From contig OX442314.1 in the NCBI GenBank assembly GCA_949358305.1, forward strand, positions 31,868,001-31,932,000: a stretch of DNA of 64,000 bases. The letters are read 5' to 3'. Position 1 is the first letter of the stretch. Each line of letters opens with the position of its first letter. The notes under the pieces are model-generated. The model was not told where the DNA came from, ran no database searches, and saw only the letters and a list, made by a program, of their open reading frames with translations. Shown here one piece after another: positions 35,154 to 48,211 of this stretch. The translations under genes were made by a program, and so were the position numbers. Source of the DNA: Strigamia acuminata. Taxonomy: Eukaryota.

Positions 35154-35171
35154 ATCCCGGACGGGCCCCCA
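35154..35171 (-). other. Primer binding site complementary to tRNA-Pro
   Basis: TGGGGGCCCGTCCGGGAT, 2 nt from the LTR; 17/18 match to the classical tRNA-Pro PBS TGGGGGCTCGTCCGGGAT. Confidence 0.88.
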
Positions 35172-35173
35172 CG

Positions 35174-36132
35174 TGCTGCGATCCGGGTTTTTATCCACTT
35201 AATTTCTAATAAATTAAGCAGAAACCGCAGGTGAATGCTATAAAAGACTTACAATCGGCGGCCTTAAATTATCTAGGGGTTAAGTTTAAGGAAAAGAAAT
35301 AAAAAGACAGTTTTATTAATAAAAATCACAAATATGTATTTATTCGTTTAAATTACAATGACTAGTTAAAAATATCACAATGGCGACAAGTCGCGAAATG
35401 AAATGAGCGGGAACAATGGAAGGGCTTGCAACGACTGTTGCAAGCTACAAAGCGCTAAAATGGCGCTTAAACAACACACAGTTGTTAGGCGAAGGCGAAT
35501 TGTCTTCGTTTGCTGAACTCACGAACGATGGTCGAAGACGATGGTTCTCGTGGGCTCCTTCTACGGCTCGTGCGACGGCTCGGCGGCGGTGGTTGACGGC
35601 TGTAGGCGTCCGGCTCTCGTACGATGGCGGTGGCTGTCGTTCGCGCGGCAGCGACGGCGATGGTTCACGATCGTCGGGAAACTTCTTCTTCTCGTTTGCT
35701 GGAATTAGCTACGGCTAATTCAAGCAGAATTGCTGGCTTTGTGCTTTGGGTGGCACAAAGATAGCAGGTGAAACTGAGTTACAACGGTCCTCTATCAATA
35801 CGTATTGTCGGAGCAGATATCGCAGTGATGTTGAGGTTGTTGTTGTATTTTTCAGAGTCACGATTTGAGCCAAGACGCGAGCCCAGCACGCTTCAATATT
35901 GCGCAGAAAACCTGCGCACTTAGCTCAAATGGGTGCAACTAGTGGTTATTACACCATATTGCACCATAACGGCTAATAACCGTTTTCACCCCGGACAACC
36001 TGGGGTGATATGTGCCTAGAGAGGATTTCTCCCCTCGGTCACATGATCTGACTTGGCGTGTGCCACAGTCAAATTAATTAGAAGATAATTAATTTAATCT
36101 TCTAAGTTGGTGAATATTTTGAGATCACCACA
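35174..36132 (-). repeat. 5' LTR of copy 1
   Basis: Begins TGTGGTGATCTC and ends GCAGCA on the minus strand; followed by the PBS. Confidence 0.97.
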
Positions 36133-38479
36133 ATGATTGTTGCAGGAAAAGCATTAGTTTAATATTGTATTATAATAAAAGCAAATATTAATAAATGTTA
36201 AAGAGTTGACAATTGAATGCAGACGTTTCCCTGCATTGTCGGATTTAATTTTTCCTTAACATTGCATTTTCTAGCAATTTTACAATAGACCTTTGGAAAA
36301 TCATGATGTAATGTATTTTTGCTCTGCCCACAATAATGTGAGGTATTTTGAAATTGCATTGTGCATGGTTTTTCTCATAGAGGGGGCAACAATATTGTTT
36401 TAAAATACAGGAAAATGCAGAAAAAGTGAAATTTTCGTGCAAAAAAAATGCAATTTCATGTGAACAAATGCAATTTTTGAGTAAAAAAAATGCTACTTTT
36501 GGGTCAAAGAGTGTAATTTTTGGGTTAAAAACTCGCAATTTTTGTCAAAATGTAATGTAATTTCCATACCAAAATACAATTTTTACCTAAAATATTCAAT
36601 TCTCACTTAAAATTACAATAGTTGCTTCAAAAAATTAATTTTACAAGTCTATACTTGTAGTGTAAATTATCTGTATTTATCTAAAAAATTTCAAATTGTA
36701 AATACCAGGTTGTTATTAATATTCCATCCATATTTCCATTTGGAATGAGGAAATCAAAGTTGTTCCGTCAATATTGCAGGTAGTTTAAAGGTCCAATACA
36801 TTGCTATTTTTCTTGCAAGTTAGCCACCATGTATTCATCATTTTTTTTATAAAACAATGCACAGAAAACTAAAAAATTGGTAAATAAATAAAAATTAAAA
36901 TGCTAAAAGTTGTGATATTTGCCCCCTCACCAGTTGCAGCATTGTTACAACCACATGATCCTCTAACCTCATTTTTCCAAAAGTCTATTGGATCATTTTC
37001 CAAGACGATTTTTTTTTTCCCAGCTAATTAGATTGATTGATTAGCCTAACACAAGATCTTGTATCAAGACATACAAAACCACAATAAATCACAACAACAC
37101 TGACTGTTTGAGCAAACAAATAAATTCTAAATTTTGGTAAAAATTTTTGAAAAAATTGAACTCGAGTCCATTGCAAGTTGAAAACAGCTTCATATACTTC
37201 ATCATTCTCTCAGCAGGAGGTCTCATGTCAGGGGTCCATTTTGAGAGTGTAGAGGTGGAACCATAAGGGGGATTTTTCGGCGTCTGGAGGTGTGAAAGTT
37301 CACGCGTCCACAAAGAGAAAATGGTAAAGCAAGGTGATCATAAAGTGGCGTCTCCACAATGAACTGGACCCTCTTGATGGGAAATGGTGTGTTGTAAACA
37401 TGAAGGTGGGTGTCAGAGATGAAATTAGGGGGATGAGCAGATGGGAGACCCCCTCTGATGACTCCAAATGGAGTATCCAGGTGAGAATCAAAATACCAGC
37501 TATCAAAATGAGACTCGCGACTGACCACAATAGTTTCTTTTTCTCTCTGTGTAATTGTGTTCACTGCTAAGAAAATGGACACACACTTAAATATATAGGG
37601 AAAAGGCGAGAATCAAACGACACAGATTATCTCTTCTTCTTGGGAGGTTGACCAAGCAAACGGAAATATTTCGACCCCATATTGTTTTTGCAACTTAATA
37701 TTTTATAGGGTTATGTTACCTAATTGAATCACGCAGTGCCCTTAAGCAGAGGTGCCCAAATCATTTTTATGGATCTTTGTTGGTTGTGAGGTGTGCAGTG
37801 ATTAGAATCAATGTGTTGTTGTAATGATAGTGATGAGTTGTGAGACATTTCTTCTTGTGGTTCTTTTTGGAATGAGTTTTTGATCAATTGAAACTATGGG
37901 TTGTTGGGAATCAAATTATATTTTTGGGATTAAGGTGTATAATTTTTGATTTTGGAGGTGTAATTGAAGGGGACTGGTGGAAGTAGGTCAGGGGGTACAA
38001 ACACCCACTCATTGCAAATAAAGAATAAGTACAAGTATCATCTAAGGGGAAAAGTCAGGAGAGTATAATAATTCACTTTTGTTGTGTGGAGTTTGGAAAA
38101 TATCGTCTTTTTTGTGTTTGGCTATACTTATTTTCGAGTTTTATTGCAGGATCCAGTTTGTTTTTGTTTATGGGATCGTGTATTTGGGATTTTTGGGATT
38201 TTGTGACTTAGATATTGGATTTTTTCTTTATATTTAATGATAAAAATGTGTAATATTTAAATTGGGCATTTAAAATATTAAAATTGTCTTATTTCCCATT
38301 GAAATAACAAGGTAAAGGTCATTTAGAAATAAATTTTGTTCGATGATTTATAATCATAAGTTTTTATTTATTTAATTGTACTAACTTGTTATCGCTATAG
38401 TTTTTGTTTTCGTTGTGTGTTGCGTTGTGTTGTTTTTATATTATCATACAGTATTGACGAGATTGTTTTTTGTATTATT

Positions 38480-38640
38480 GTTGCAATAGTTAATTTTTTT
38501 TATGTTATTGTTGCACTAGTTGATTTTTTTTAATGTTATTGTTGCACTAGTTAATTTTTTTTAATGTTATTGTTGCACTAGTTAATTTTTTTAATGTTAT
38601 TGTTGTAATACCTAGTTAATTTTTTTAAATGTTATTAATT
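38480..38640. repeat. ~31-bp tandem repeat (TAATGTTATTGTTGCACTAGTTAATTTTTTT)
   Basis: Visible tandem units. Confidence 0.8.
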
Positions 38641-40319
38641 TTTTTTTTAGTGGGTTTTGCTGGTGTATATTTTAATCTGTTCTTTTAAAATATTCTAAAA
38701 TTATTGAATTTTCCTCAACAGAATAATTAAAAATGGTTTCAATTACCAAAATACTCATAAAAATCCTAAAAATACAGAAAAATAACCCTATTACTATCCA
38801 AAAATTGCATACACACTGCAAAACACATACAAATGTTGAACCATCCTTTATTCTCCACACCTCCAAAGCAATTTAACCACTTCTACCTTAAACTTCATTT
38901 ACTACCTTCCTCCATTAGCAATCATTTGCTAAAACGAAAAATCCACTGCTATTTTTACACACAACTCCAAACTCCTAACCTTTTGTTAACGCACAATTTA
39001 AAAAAAAAATTTCTCAGAAGTTACAATTATTTTTTTAATGCAATTTCTATAATATAATAACACGAATCTTCCACCGAGAATCAAGACGAGTGGCAATCTG
39101 ATTCACGTGCCACTATACCCACAGGCATGTGGCGTCATATGTGGCGCTCGAGCCTTTCAGAACATCCCTTGTTACCCCCTATCATTAGTAAGGCGGATAC
39201 AATCCTTTGCAACGGAATTTCAGGTCCCTTTTTTCTTTCTTTTCTACATTCCAAACAATTTTACATAAAATTTAACCAAAAAAAATAAAAAAAATAATAA
39301 AAAACAAAACAAAATGCCTTTTTTTTCATACTAAATAGGTGTTAAAGGAATAAACCCTCCATAAACACCACAAAGCATGGCATTTATTGCTTTCCAAATC
39401 TAATTTATTACATCATGATACTCTTTCTTTTATTAAACGAAGTTCACTAACAATTTAGCAAATAGCACTCTAAAAGCTCAATTAAGCTTCCGCCTGCCTG
39501 CAATGTGAATTTGATTGGATAATTTCCAGCCACTGGAATTTTGCAATACAATTAGATAATCAAATTGAAAAGGGAACCCAAATGAAAGAAGAAAAAAAAC
39601 AGGTTTAAGCCTCGGGAATATTGAAGAAAAAATTAAATTTCAGGTTAAGTGATTTAAAAGAGTCACCTGTGCAGCATAATTTGAATTGAATTGATTTTTA
39701 TTTTATTTTATTTTTTTTTTAATAAATAAATAAATAAATAATGTGATGGGAAATGGAAAAATGGTGGTTGGAGCAATTTCTAATGTAATTGCTGACAGGG
39801 ATAAAAGATTTTGGATGTTTAAGAGAAGGTGTGATGAAGGTAATCTAGCCGAGGTGATGATACTGTCATGATTCATTGGATGGTTATAGACGTGTGCAGT
39901 TAGCTCGGGCTATTTGATAGCCCGGCCTGAAGGCAGCATCGACTAATTGCGGTCCATTAAGGTGTTTTTCCCTTATTTTAGATCATGTTGGAAAGATGTT
40001 ATCAAACGAGAAGGTTTTTGCTAGGAAAATTGTGGCGGGAGCAGGAGGTTGAGTAAAGAGCTGATGGAGCGTAGCAGTTTCCTTCTGTTACGTGAGAACA
40101 GTGTATCAAAGTTGTTTGTATCAATTAAGTTTTTGTTGAGTTGTTTTGTAAGGCGTTTAATGGTGAGAGATTTCAATGCATGTACTGAAACTTCGGCGAC
40201 TGAAATCTAGATTGGATTGCAGTATTGTTCGAGGAATTTATTTGTATTGTATTGAGGGTCAAATTGAATTGTTATGACGTTATAACGTTTTAAATCACTT
40301 GTTTTCTTGAAAAATGTAA

Positions 40320-40980
40320 TTATTTTTCTCATAAAATCATCACTTTCTCATACAAACATCATTTTTTCTCGTAAAATCATCATTTTTTCTCGTAAAATCA
40401 TCATTTTTTCTCGTAAAATCATCTTTTTTTTCTCGTAAAATCATCATTTTTCTCATAAAATCATCATTTTTTCTCATAAAATCGTCATTTTACCAATAAA
40501 AACCATCATTTTTCCCAAACATTTTCTCATTTTACCAATAAAAATCATCATTTTACCAATAAAAATCATCATTTTTCCCAAAAATTTTCTCATTTTTCCC
40601 AAAAATTTTCTCATTTATCCCAAAAATTTCTCATTTTTCTCAAAAAATTTCTTATTTTTTCCAAAAAAATTTCTCATTTTTCCCAAGAAAATTTCTCCTT
40701 TTATCCAAAAAATTTCTCATTTTTCCCAAAAAATTTCTTATTTTTCCCAAAAAATTTCTCAGTTTTCCCAAAAAATTTCTCATTTTTCCCAAAAAATTTC
40801 TCATTTCTCCCATAAAATCATCATTTTTAACATAGAAATTATCGCTTTTCCTGTAAAAATCATCATTTTCCCCATAAAATCTGTACTTCTTTCCCATAAA
40901 ATTGTCATTTTTTATATGAAGCCCCTGTTTCTTTCCCCAAGAATCATCATTTTTTCCATAAAAGTATATTTTTCTCAAAA
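40320..40980. repeat. ~21-bp degenerate minisatellite (AAAATCATCATTTTTTCTCGT / AAAATTTCTCATTTTTCCC)
   Basis: Visible tandem units; explains ORF 40652-40978. Confidence 0.8.
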
Positions 40981-42309
40981 AATTCTCATTTGTCCAAGAA
41001 AATTATTTTTTTATTATTAAATTTCTCATGAATCCAATGGGAGAATAGGTCCCATAAAAGTTTAGGTTATGGGTTCCAATTATGGCTTTATGTAAGCTTA
41101 TCAAAATAAATTATCAAAATAAATTTCTGTACGATACAATAAATGGGAAAAAAATGAATGGAGGTTTGTGTGCACCAAGCGTTTTTTTGCATAGACATGA
41201 TTCAGTCAATACTATACACGGACTCTACATGTACACTTATTGACCAATATTTGTATTTATTCAATAAAGCCATCAAACAACGACGAATAAAGAAAAACAA
41301 AATAAAAAACAACCATTCATCAAGACCAGAACGATGAATAAGTTGTAATGACGGGTTTGTCAATGCACCCACGTCCAACCAGATGCACGTGCACCGACAA
41401 ATGTCAATCAAACGTCAAATCCCAAAGCTAAATCGACAACAAAACAACGAAAAAAAAGACAAAATTGAGAGGTTTGTTTTCTATCATACTGGCTATTTGC
41501 TTTGTAAAGTTTTTTCGTCGACAGACGAAATAACAATAGTTTTTCCTGGTAAAAAGATGCTTTTTCCTTCAAGTGAGATCAGCCGCGCTGTCTGCTTGCA
41601 CTGTGTTATTATTTCGGATCAAAGTGAGGAGAACCGACGTAATTTGATGGAATCAAGCAGAATGAAGGATACCCTGCAGGGACGTTTAATGTCACGTAAA
41701 ATTTACCAAAAAGATTTCTTTTCCAGATTGGCGCCATCTTATCACTTATTGATCGACCCCCTAATTATTTCTCATGCCAGAACCCGTTGCAGCAAGTGCA
41801 ACATGGTCCGCTATTCACTTGTCTTGTCACGACTGCGCAGTTGGTGAGGCAGAAAGTTTAAGGAGTAGGAAAAAAATGGGACAAACGTTAGCATCTGCTA
41901 ATCATCAGCAATAATCTGAAATACATCACACATGTCTGTTTACAACGTGAGGAGGGAAATATGAGAAAATAATACCTGACCTACTTGTGGGTTTCGCTGT
42001 GTGGTGGATGTCGCAACTGTTTTGTTGCGTCGGTAATCCGTGTTTTGACGCTTAAAAAAGTACATTTTGGGAGTTGGAAAGGTCTTATGCGGCGTTGGGT
42101 AATTTCAAAGGGATTACAGGCTGTGGACAAGTCTTTTTACTAGACCGAAAAATGATGTAACGTGGTTTTCTGTCAGTCGTTGGTTCGAATTCAAATTGAA
42201 TGAGTGCATCAAATGACGTAGGTTCGTATTGACTGCTTGTTGGGGCAATTATGGCATTTTTGCAGCTGAAACACGCAAATAGGCACAATTTTGACATAGT
42301 TTTCAGCAG

Positions 42310-42605
42310 GCAAAAAGGCAAAAAGGCACATTTTGCAAGAAAAAAGGCACATTTTGCATAAAAAAGATGCATTTTGCAAGAAAAAGGCACATTTTGCAGG
42401 AAAAAAAGGCACATTTTGCAAGAAAAAGGTACATTTTGCAAGGAAAAGGCACATTTTGCAAGAAAAAAATGAACATTTTGTAGAATAAGCACATCTTGTG
42501 CTTAATTCATGCATTTTGCATCTAAAAACATGCATTTCCCATCTAAAAACATGCATTTAGCATTTAAAAACATGCATTTTCCATCTAAAAACATGCATTT
42601 TGCTT
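42310..42605. repeat. ~21-bp minisatellites (AAAAAGGCACATTTTGCAAG; CATCTAAAAACATGCATTT)
   Basis: Visible tandem units; explain the repetitive ORFs at 42085-42556. Confidence 0.85.
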
Positions 42606-43859
42606 CAAAAATGTATTTTTTCTGTAACGACGTCTATTTTGTGCTTAAAAATACAATCTTCTAAGACAAAAAAAATCCTATTTTTGCGCCTACAAATTAA
42701 ATTTGTACAAAATAACATAACGGAAATGTAACAACAACAAGTCTCGAGTTAATTCTTGCGATACATCAGCAAATAGATTTATTTTTTTTCCTTTACAACT
42801 GTCAAATTAGACGTTGAGTAGGCGTGGAGGAAACACGTCCTAATTCACCCTGCTAGCAGTTGTTTAGCTCAAAAGATGGAAAAAAGAATTTAAAAAAAAA
42901 AAAATCTTCTTTTTACCTTCATTTTCCTCAATTCAGGAGCTCATTAAGGTGTTCGAGTAAGATTATAGGCTGGTTAAGCTGTTCCTTTTTCTTTGATGGA
43001 TCCCTATCACAAATATCTTCCATTAGGCCTCATTTCCCACGGTGCATAGCAACATTACCCCCTCCCACTTCTCATTGATTATAGACTCTTAGGAAAAGAT
43101 AGAGCACCCTTAAGCGACAGCCAGCTTTCAGCAGCACACGTGTACTCCTATTACTTTCTATCACTTGCAATTAATATAAATTTTTCTCTTTTTTTCGCTA
43201 TTTTTTATTCGATAATACCGTGATTTTCGGCAGGAAATGTGGTTTCTCGAACCTCCAGCGAATTTTCAATGCAAAATCAACGTTTTTATATCGTTTTATG
43301 TAATTTTTGAGTTAATTTGACAACAATTCATCAATATTTCATCAATTATAAACAGTATAGGTTAGTTGTGACGATAAAATCCATCTAATGCTGGCTCCGA
43401 GTGGGGAAAAACCAGTCGATGCCAATCATCTGTAGAATGAGACCCAGGATCACTACGGTGATCAAAATTAAAAGTATTACGGAAGCCCAGACGAGAACCA
43501 CGCGATTGTTCGCACCGGTGCTCTATAATTGATTAAATAATCACGATTGCTTGTTGGATGTTTTCAATTTCAATTGTAAATTAGTAAATTACCAATGTGC
43601 GAATGGACTGTGTTCTGTGGACAGTATCGACGGATGACGACCGAGTTGAGAGCTCAATGATGGCCTCCATGGTGGACGAATGTGGTAATATTAAGGCGAG
43701 GTAAATGATGTGATGCAAATATTGGCGGTTGGTAGATTAATCTACTAATTTGCTCACCGAGACGTGCCGTAATAAAGACATAAAGAAACATTAACAACCA
43801 CGTCAATGGCTTTTATTTGAATATTTGTTTTATTAATACTTCGGATTTTTTATTTAATT

Positions 43860-46590
43860 CTGTGAATGGCATTTAGATACTTTTAATAATTAATTTAAAA
43901 AATATAATATTCAAAACTGACCCATCACTTGGAATCGCATTTTCCATTTTTCCGATTACGAGGAAGAAGAGGAAGACGAAGAAGAAAGCAGGAGAGGATT
44001 GAAAAGAGCAAATTCAGATGACATTGTGAATCCACGGAAAAAACGGCGTGCAGATCCCGAAATAATCTGGAGTTGATGTTTAATAAGATGTACTTACTCG
44101 TGACACATTTGGAAATTGCTGACTGGCATGTAATATTTTATACTTTATTTTTGTAAATTTATTTGGAGATGATGTTTCGTAGATGTGAAAAAGGAGAAAT
44201 AGAAATAAAAGATGTTTGTATTCCTTCTGTTGTGGATTCCAAATCCACGACAGAAGAAACGTAACCAATTCGTCTGATCAACCCGAGTAACATCTGTTCT
44301 CATCTTTTCTTCTATTCCTATCACAACCCTAAAAATTTTGAATATTTTAATTTATTACTATATTTTTATTGATTTTTTGTGACAGCAGAAATAAAAATAA
44401 TTCATTTCATTTCATGTATTTTATTTTTTTTTGGGTATTATTTTATTTATTGTATTTTGAGTAAGAGAAAGTTTCTTAGTTATCTTAGTCCATCAATTAG
44501 CGCCATCTAGGGATAATAATGGTATCTGTTATCAATAAAAAGCAACAACAGGAACGAAAAAATGATTTTTTTTTTATATGCACTTGTTATTATGGTACTG
44601 TGCACGACACGACCCGGACTTCGACATCGGCTTAGTTTTTATCAGATAAGTTATCAAAAATCCTATAATATTATTCCTTAGATATTTATTAAAAACTCAA
44701 AATTCTATTTTACAGATAAACAAACGAAAACTTATGAAATTCTCCACTTTGGAATTAAGAATGATGGTGGCGGGCAGTGAATGTTTGAACTTTGAATTTA
44801 GCATCAAGTTATAGTCTGTCATCTTATGTGGTTGTTAATAATTAGAATAATAATTAATGAGAAATACATACGAAAAACTATTGAGGATACGGGCTTACGT
44901 ATAAGCAATAATAGAGTGAGATAAGATCGGTTATTTTTTCCCGGGGAGAACTTGGGGCAAATAATTCAAGCAGGAAAGGAGGGAAAATCCGAGGAAAAGT
45001 CCTACGCTGCCACCCACTTCAGACACCAAGCTGGACAGGGGATAAGCGAAATATTCGCTAACGATTTGCTTCGTATTCATTGTGTAAATAATTGCGACGG
45101 AGGTGCCAGCGCCATATTCTATTCTTGAGTTATATTCTGTCATTATGGGAAATCTGGTGACGGAACATGGCCGTCTGCAGTTGCTGTTATGTTGCGAATA
45201 CAAAAGGGAAAAAATTTTCTTTTTCAGTTTATTCACTTGGGAAATTGAGTTGCAAAGCGGTTTTGTCGAGTTCACAAAAGGCCATCTAAGGTGGATATGG
45301 AATTATTATTGAATATCTATTGATTAAGCATAAGTATTTATCTGACCTGCATTTGATGTCAGAAGTGTCTAATTGGTCACTAATCCATCGATTAATGCAC
45401 TCGATCTCTTCATCCTCAGTGACGCAGGGGTTTTGACTCGTGTTTAAATAGTCAAACTACAACAGTTGTCAATATTTAAATACGGAAATCAATGCGATTA
45501 CTGTCTGTGTTTGTTTGTTTACTTGTGTCTCTGACAGTTCCATAGTTTGGTATGTCGATTGACGAATGACTGATTTGCCAATAAACATGAGTTTGGTTGA
45601 AGTTGCTTCGTAAACATCAGCCTGTAATAGACGAATTGTAATATTCTAATATTGTAATATTCGATTGATCTTACAAGAAATGCGTTAGGATTAGAATCCG
45701 AAGTAAAATGTATACGCAACCAAAACACCCAGGTTTTTCCAACAAAATACCATTCCAGATCTAAAAGAATCAAATATTGTTTCAAGATTTTTGTGTGAAT
45801 TAAATGGAATAGTTAGTAATGACCAGATCGTATAACTCTGCATGGACCCGCGATCGTGTTGACTTTCTTCTCTTGTAGCCAGTCTCCGGTTTCACATTTG
45901 CTGGAATTGACTGCATGATGACACTGGAAAACCCGGTTGGCTTTATACAGTCAAATTGTTACTTGATGTTTGAACTTACTCTGGCTGATTTGACGATCTT
46001 GACTATTGTTGAGTTTTCCCATAAATCCAATAGTGTGACGTTGATCTTGTCGAAAGGGAAATGTTCCTTGTCGGCCCAACTCAGTGCGCTGCAAGCTGCG
46101 TCTTTTGTACAGAGTGGTTTGAATCTTTTGTAAAAACCGTACATCAAATCGGTTGTGTATGGGCAAAGTATGAGGCTAGGTGTTGTGTACTGGCTGAAGC
46201 TTTCAATTTTTACATTGGTGCCTACTGGCTTTGAAAAGTACTTGTCGATGCAAATTGACAACTGCCAAGTGCACAGTACCGTGCTTAGCAGCAGCGAAGC
46301 AATTCCCAATACTTTGGCCGTCTTATTTGCCTGCGGTTGTCGTTGTCGTTTTGGTGATGGTGAGATGCGAATATGGTGTAAGCGAGTATCTGGATAAACA
46401 ATTCTACGTCCTATGCTTCTACTATGGATATTCATTGCACCTGAAAATAACTCCCTCAACAGCATGAAAACAATATTTATGGCGTATTAATGAGTATTAA
46501 CGTTAACGTTAACGCTTGCCGACCTGACCTTTCTTTATCCGTGTGTTGTTTGTTACTGCTCGTTTCCATGTGAGTGAATTCAAATGTTGC
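43860..46590. repeat. Segmental tandem duplication, copy A (copy B is ~48750-54727)
   Basis: Collinear high similarity in UTR, intergenic, exon and intron sequence, e.g. ORF 44080-44268 versus 49255-49443. Confidence 0.9.
44931..46435 (-). CDS. DEG/ENaC (pickpocket-like) channel subunit A, 399 aa; exons 46435-45963, 45900-45824, 45760-45675, 45621-45523, 45456-45347, 45285-44931
   Basis: TM1 followed by KYF..P..T......PSLILCP; Cys-rich thumb region; C.RPC; TM2 Y.LSSLVSEVGGSVGLFLGFS with a GxS filter. Five 53-66-nt GT-AG introns all join in frame (1200 nt). Confidence 0.88.
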
Positions 46591-46819
46591 GTGCACTGCA
46601 AAAAAAGAAGGATTAATAGTGTGGAAATAAATAGTATGGAAATAAATTGGTCGTAAACGTCATGTTTACTAATTGTAAAGCAACTTTACAACTATTGATA
46701 AACATGCTGTTTACCAACAAGTTTAACGGTTATAAAAGGACCACTATCCAATTTGATAAATGTGATATTTACTTCATTTTTATTTTTGTTAATTAATTAA
46801 ATTAATTGAAATAAATTTA

Positions 46820-47600
46820 AATTTACAGATAATAAAATGCAAAATTTATAATCAGTTTATTTCTTTTTTATTTTATTTTTCAAATAAATTTAATAAATGT
46901 AAATTTGTATTTACACAAAATAAAATGCAAAATTTATAATCAGTTTATTTCTTTTTTATTTCATTTTTCAAATAAATTTAATAAATGTAAATTTGTATTT
47001 ACACAAAATAAAATGTAAAATTTATAACCAGTTTATTTCTTTTTTATTTCATTTTTCAATAGATTTAATGAATAGAAATTTAAATTTACAGATAATAAAA
47101 TGAAACATTTATATCCAATTTATCAAATAAAATAAAATCAAGTAAAATCATCTAAAATCAAGTAAAATCATCTAAAATCAAGTAAAATCATCTAAAATCA
47201 AGTAAAAATTACATAAAATAAAGTAAAATCATCTAAAATCAAGTAAAAATTACATGAAATAAAGTAAAATCTTCTAAAATAAAGTAAAATTATATAAAAT
47301 AAAGTAAAATTATATAAAATAAAGTAAAATTATATAAAATAAAGTAAAATTATATAAAATAAAGTAAAATTGTTAAAAATTCCTATAAAATCATCCTAAT
47401 TTAAACAAAATTGTCTAAAACCATTTAAAATCGTAAAAAATCACGTAAAATCAAGTAAAAATTGCATAAAATCGAGTACAAATTGCATAAAATCAAGTAA
47501 AAATTGTATAAAATAAAATAAAAATCATATAAAATCTAGTTAAAATCGTACAAAATCAAGCAAAATCGTATAAAATCAATGAAAATTATAATAACAATAA
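46820..47600. repeat. 88-bp tandem repeat (~3.5 units) followed by a ~20-bp TAAAATCAAG/TAAAATAAAG minisatellite
   Basis: TAAAATG unit starts at 46833, 46921 and 47009; short-period array from ~47133. Confidence 0.8.
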
Positions 47601-47621
47601 ACAAACGAAAAAATTAATTAA

Positions 47622-48211
47622 AGGTCAAGTGCACTCGCTTGGAATTTTTACATTTTCTGAAAGCCCATGTTAAAAAACCAATAATTATCAAGAAAAAAAT
47701 TAAATTGTTTCAGTACTTATTTCATAATAACAATCTAAAAACGTAGTTAACAAAAAGCAATGCATGATGGTCGCAGACGTCTTGCCCTGCGTCATCAGTT
47801 CGAATCAGACAGTCATGCACACACGCAGACTGACTGTCGATTCAAAATTCGATTCGTAATTTTTTAAATGATTCAAGATTGTTCATAAATGTTTTTTTTA
47901 TGTAGCATTGATAGCAACTAGGATAAAATCATATTTTTTAGAATTTAAAATCAATCCTGTCATTGGAAAACAATGGATTGATTGAGGTCAGACATCTTGG
48001 ATCTACCCAGATCCAAGAACTGGATTCAGGTCAAATGAACTTTAGAACTGACTACGTCATATTCCCATCACGCATTGCTTTTTGTTTGCTATGTTTTTGG
48101 ATTATTATTATAAAATATTTACCGCAACAATTTATTTATTTTTTGATGATTATTAGTTTTTTATTATGGGCTTTCAGAAAATGTAAAAATCCCACTCAGT
48201 GCACTTGACCT
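47622..48211. mobile_element. Non-autonomous DNA transposon (MITE) with TTAA TSD and AGG...CCT termini (Kolobok-like)
   Basis: TTAA|AGGTCAAGTGCACT..TTTTTACATTTTCTGAAAGCCCAT ... ATGGGCTTTCAGAAAATGTAAAAAT..AGTGCACTTGACCT|TTAA; imperfect TIRs ~75 bp. Confidence 0.82.

Larger units (their letters stand above)
23796..36132 (-). mobile_element. Complete Ty3/gypsy-type LTR retrotransposon (copy 1), 12,337 bp
   Basis: Two 959-bp LTRs with TG...CA ends; 4-bp TSD ATGA (23792-23795 and 36133-36136); PBS, PPT, intact gag, pol in PR-RT-RH-IN order, and a third ORF. Confidence 0.97.

Noticed and set aside
41383..41847. 154-aa ATG ORF
   Set aside because: No recognisable motif or splice context; probably a chance ORF.
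40652..42556. Repetitive ORFs (MRNFLGK; LQNVPF/CKMCLF)
   Set aside because: Translations of 21-bp minisatellites.
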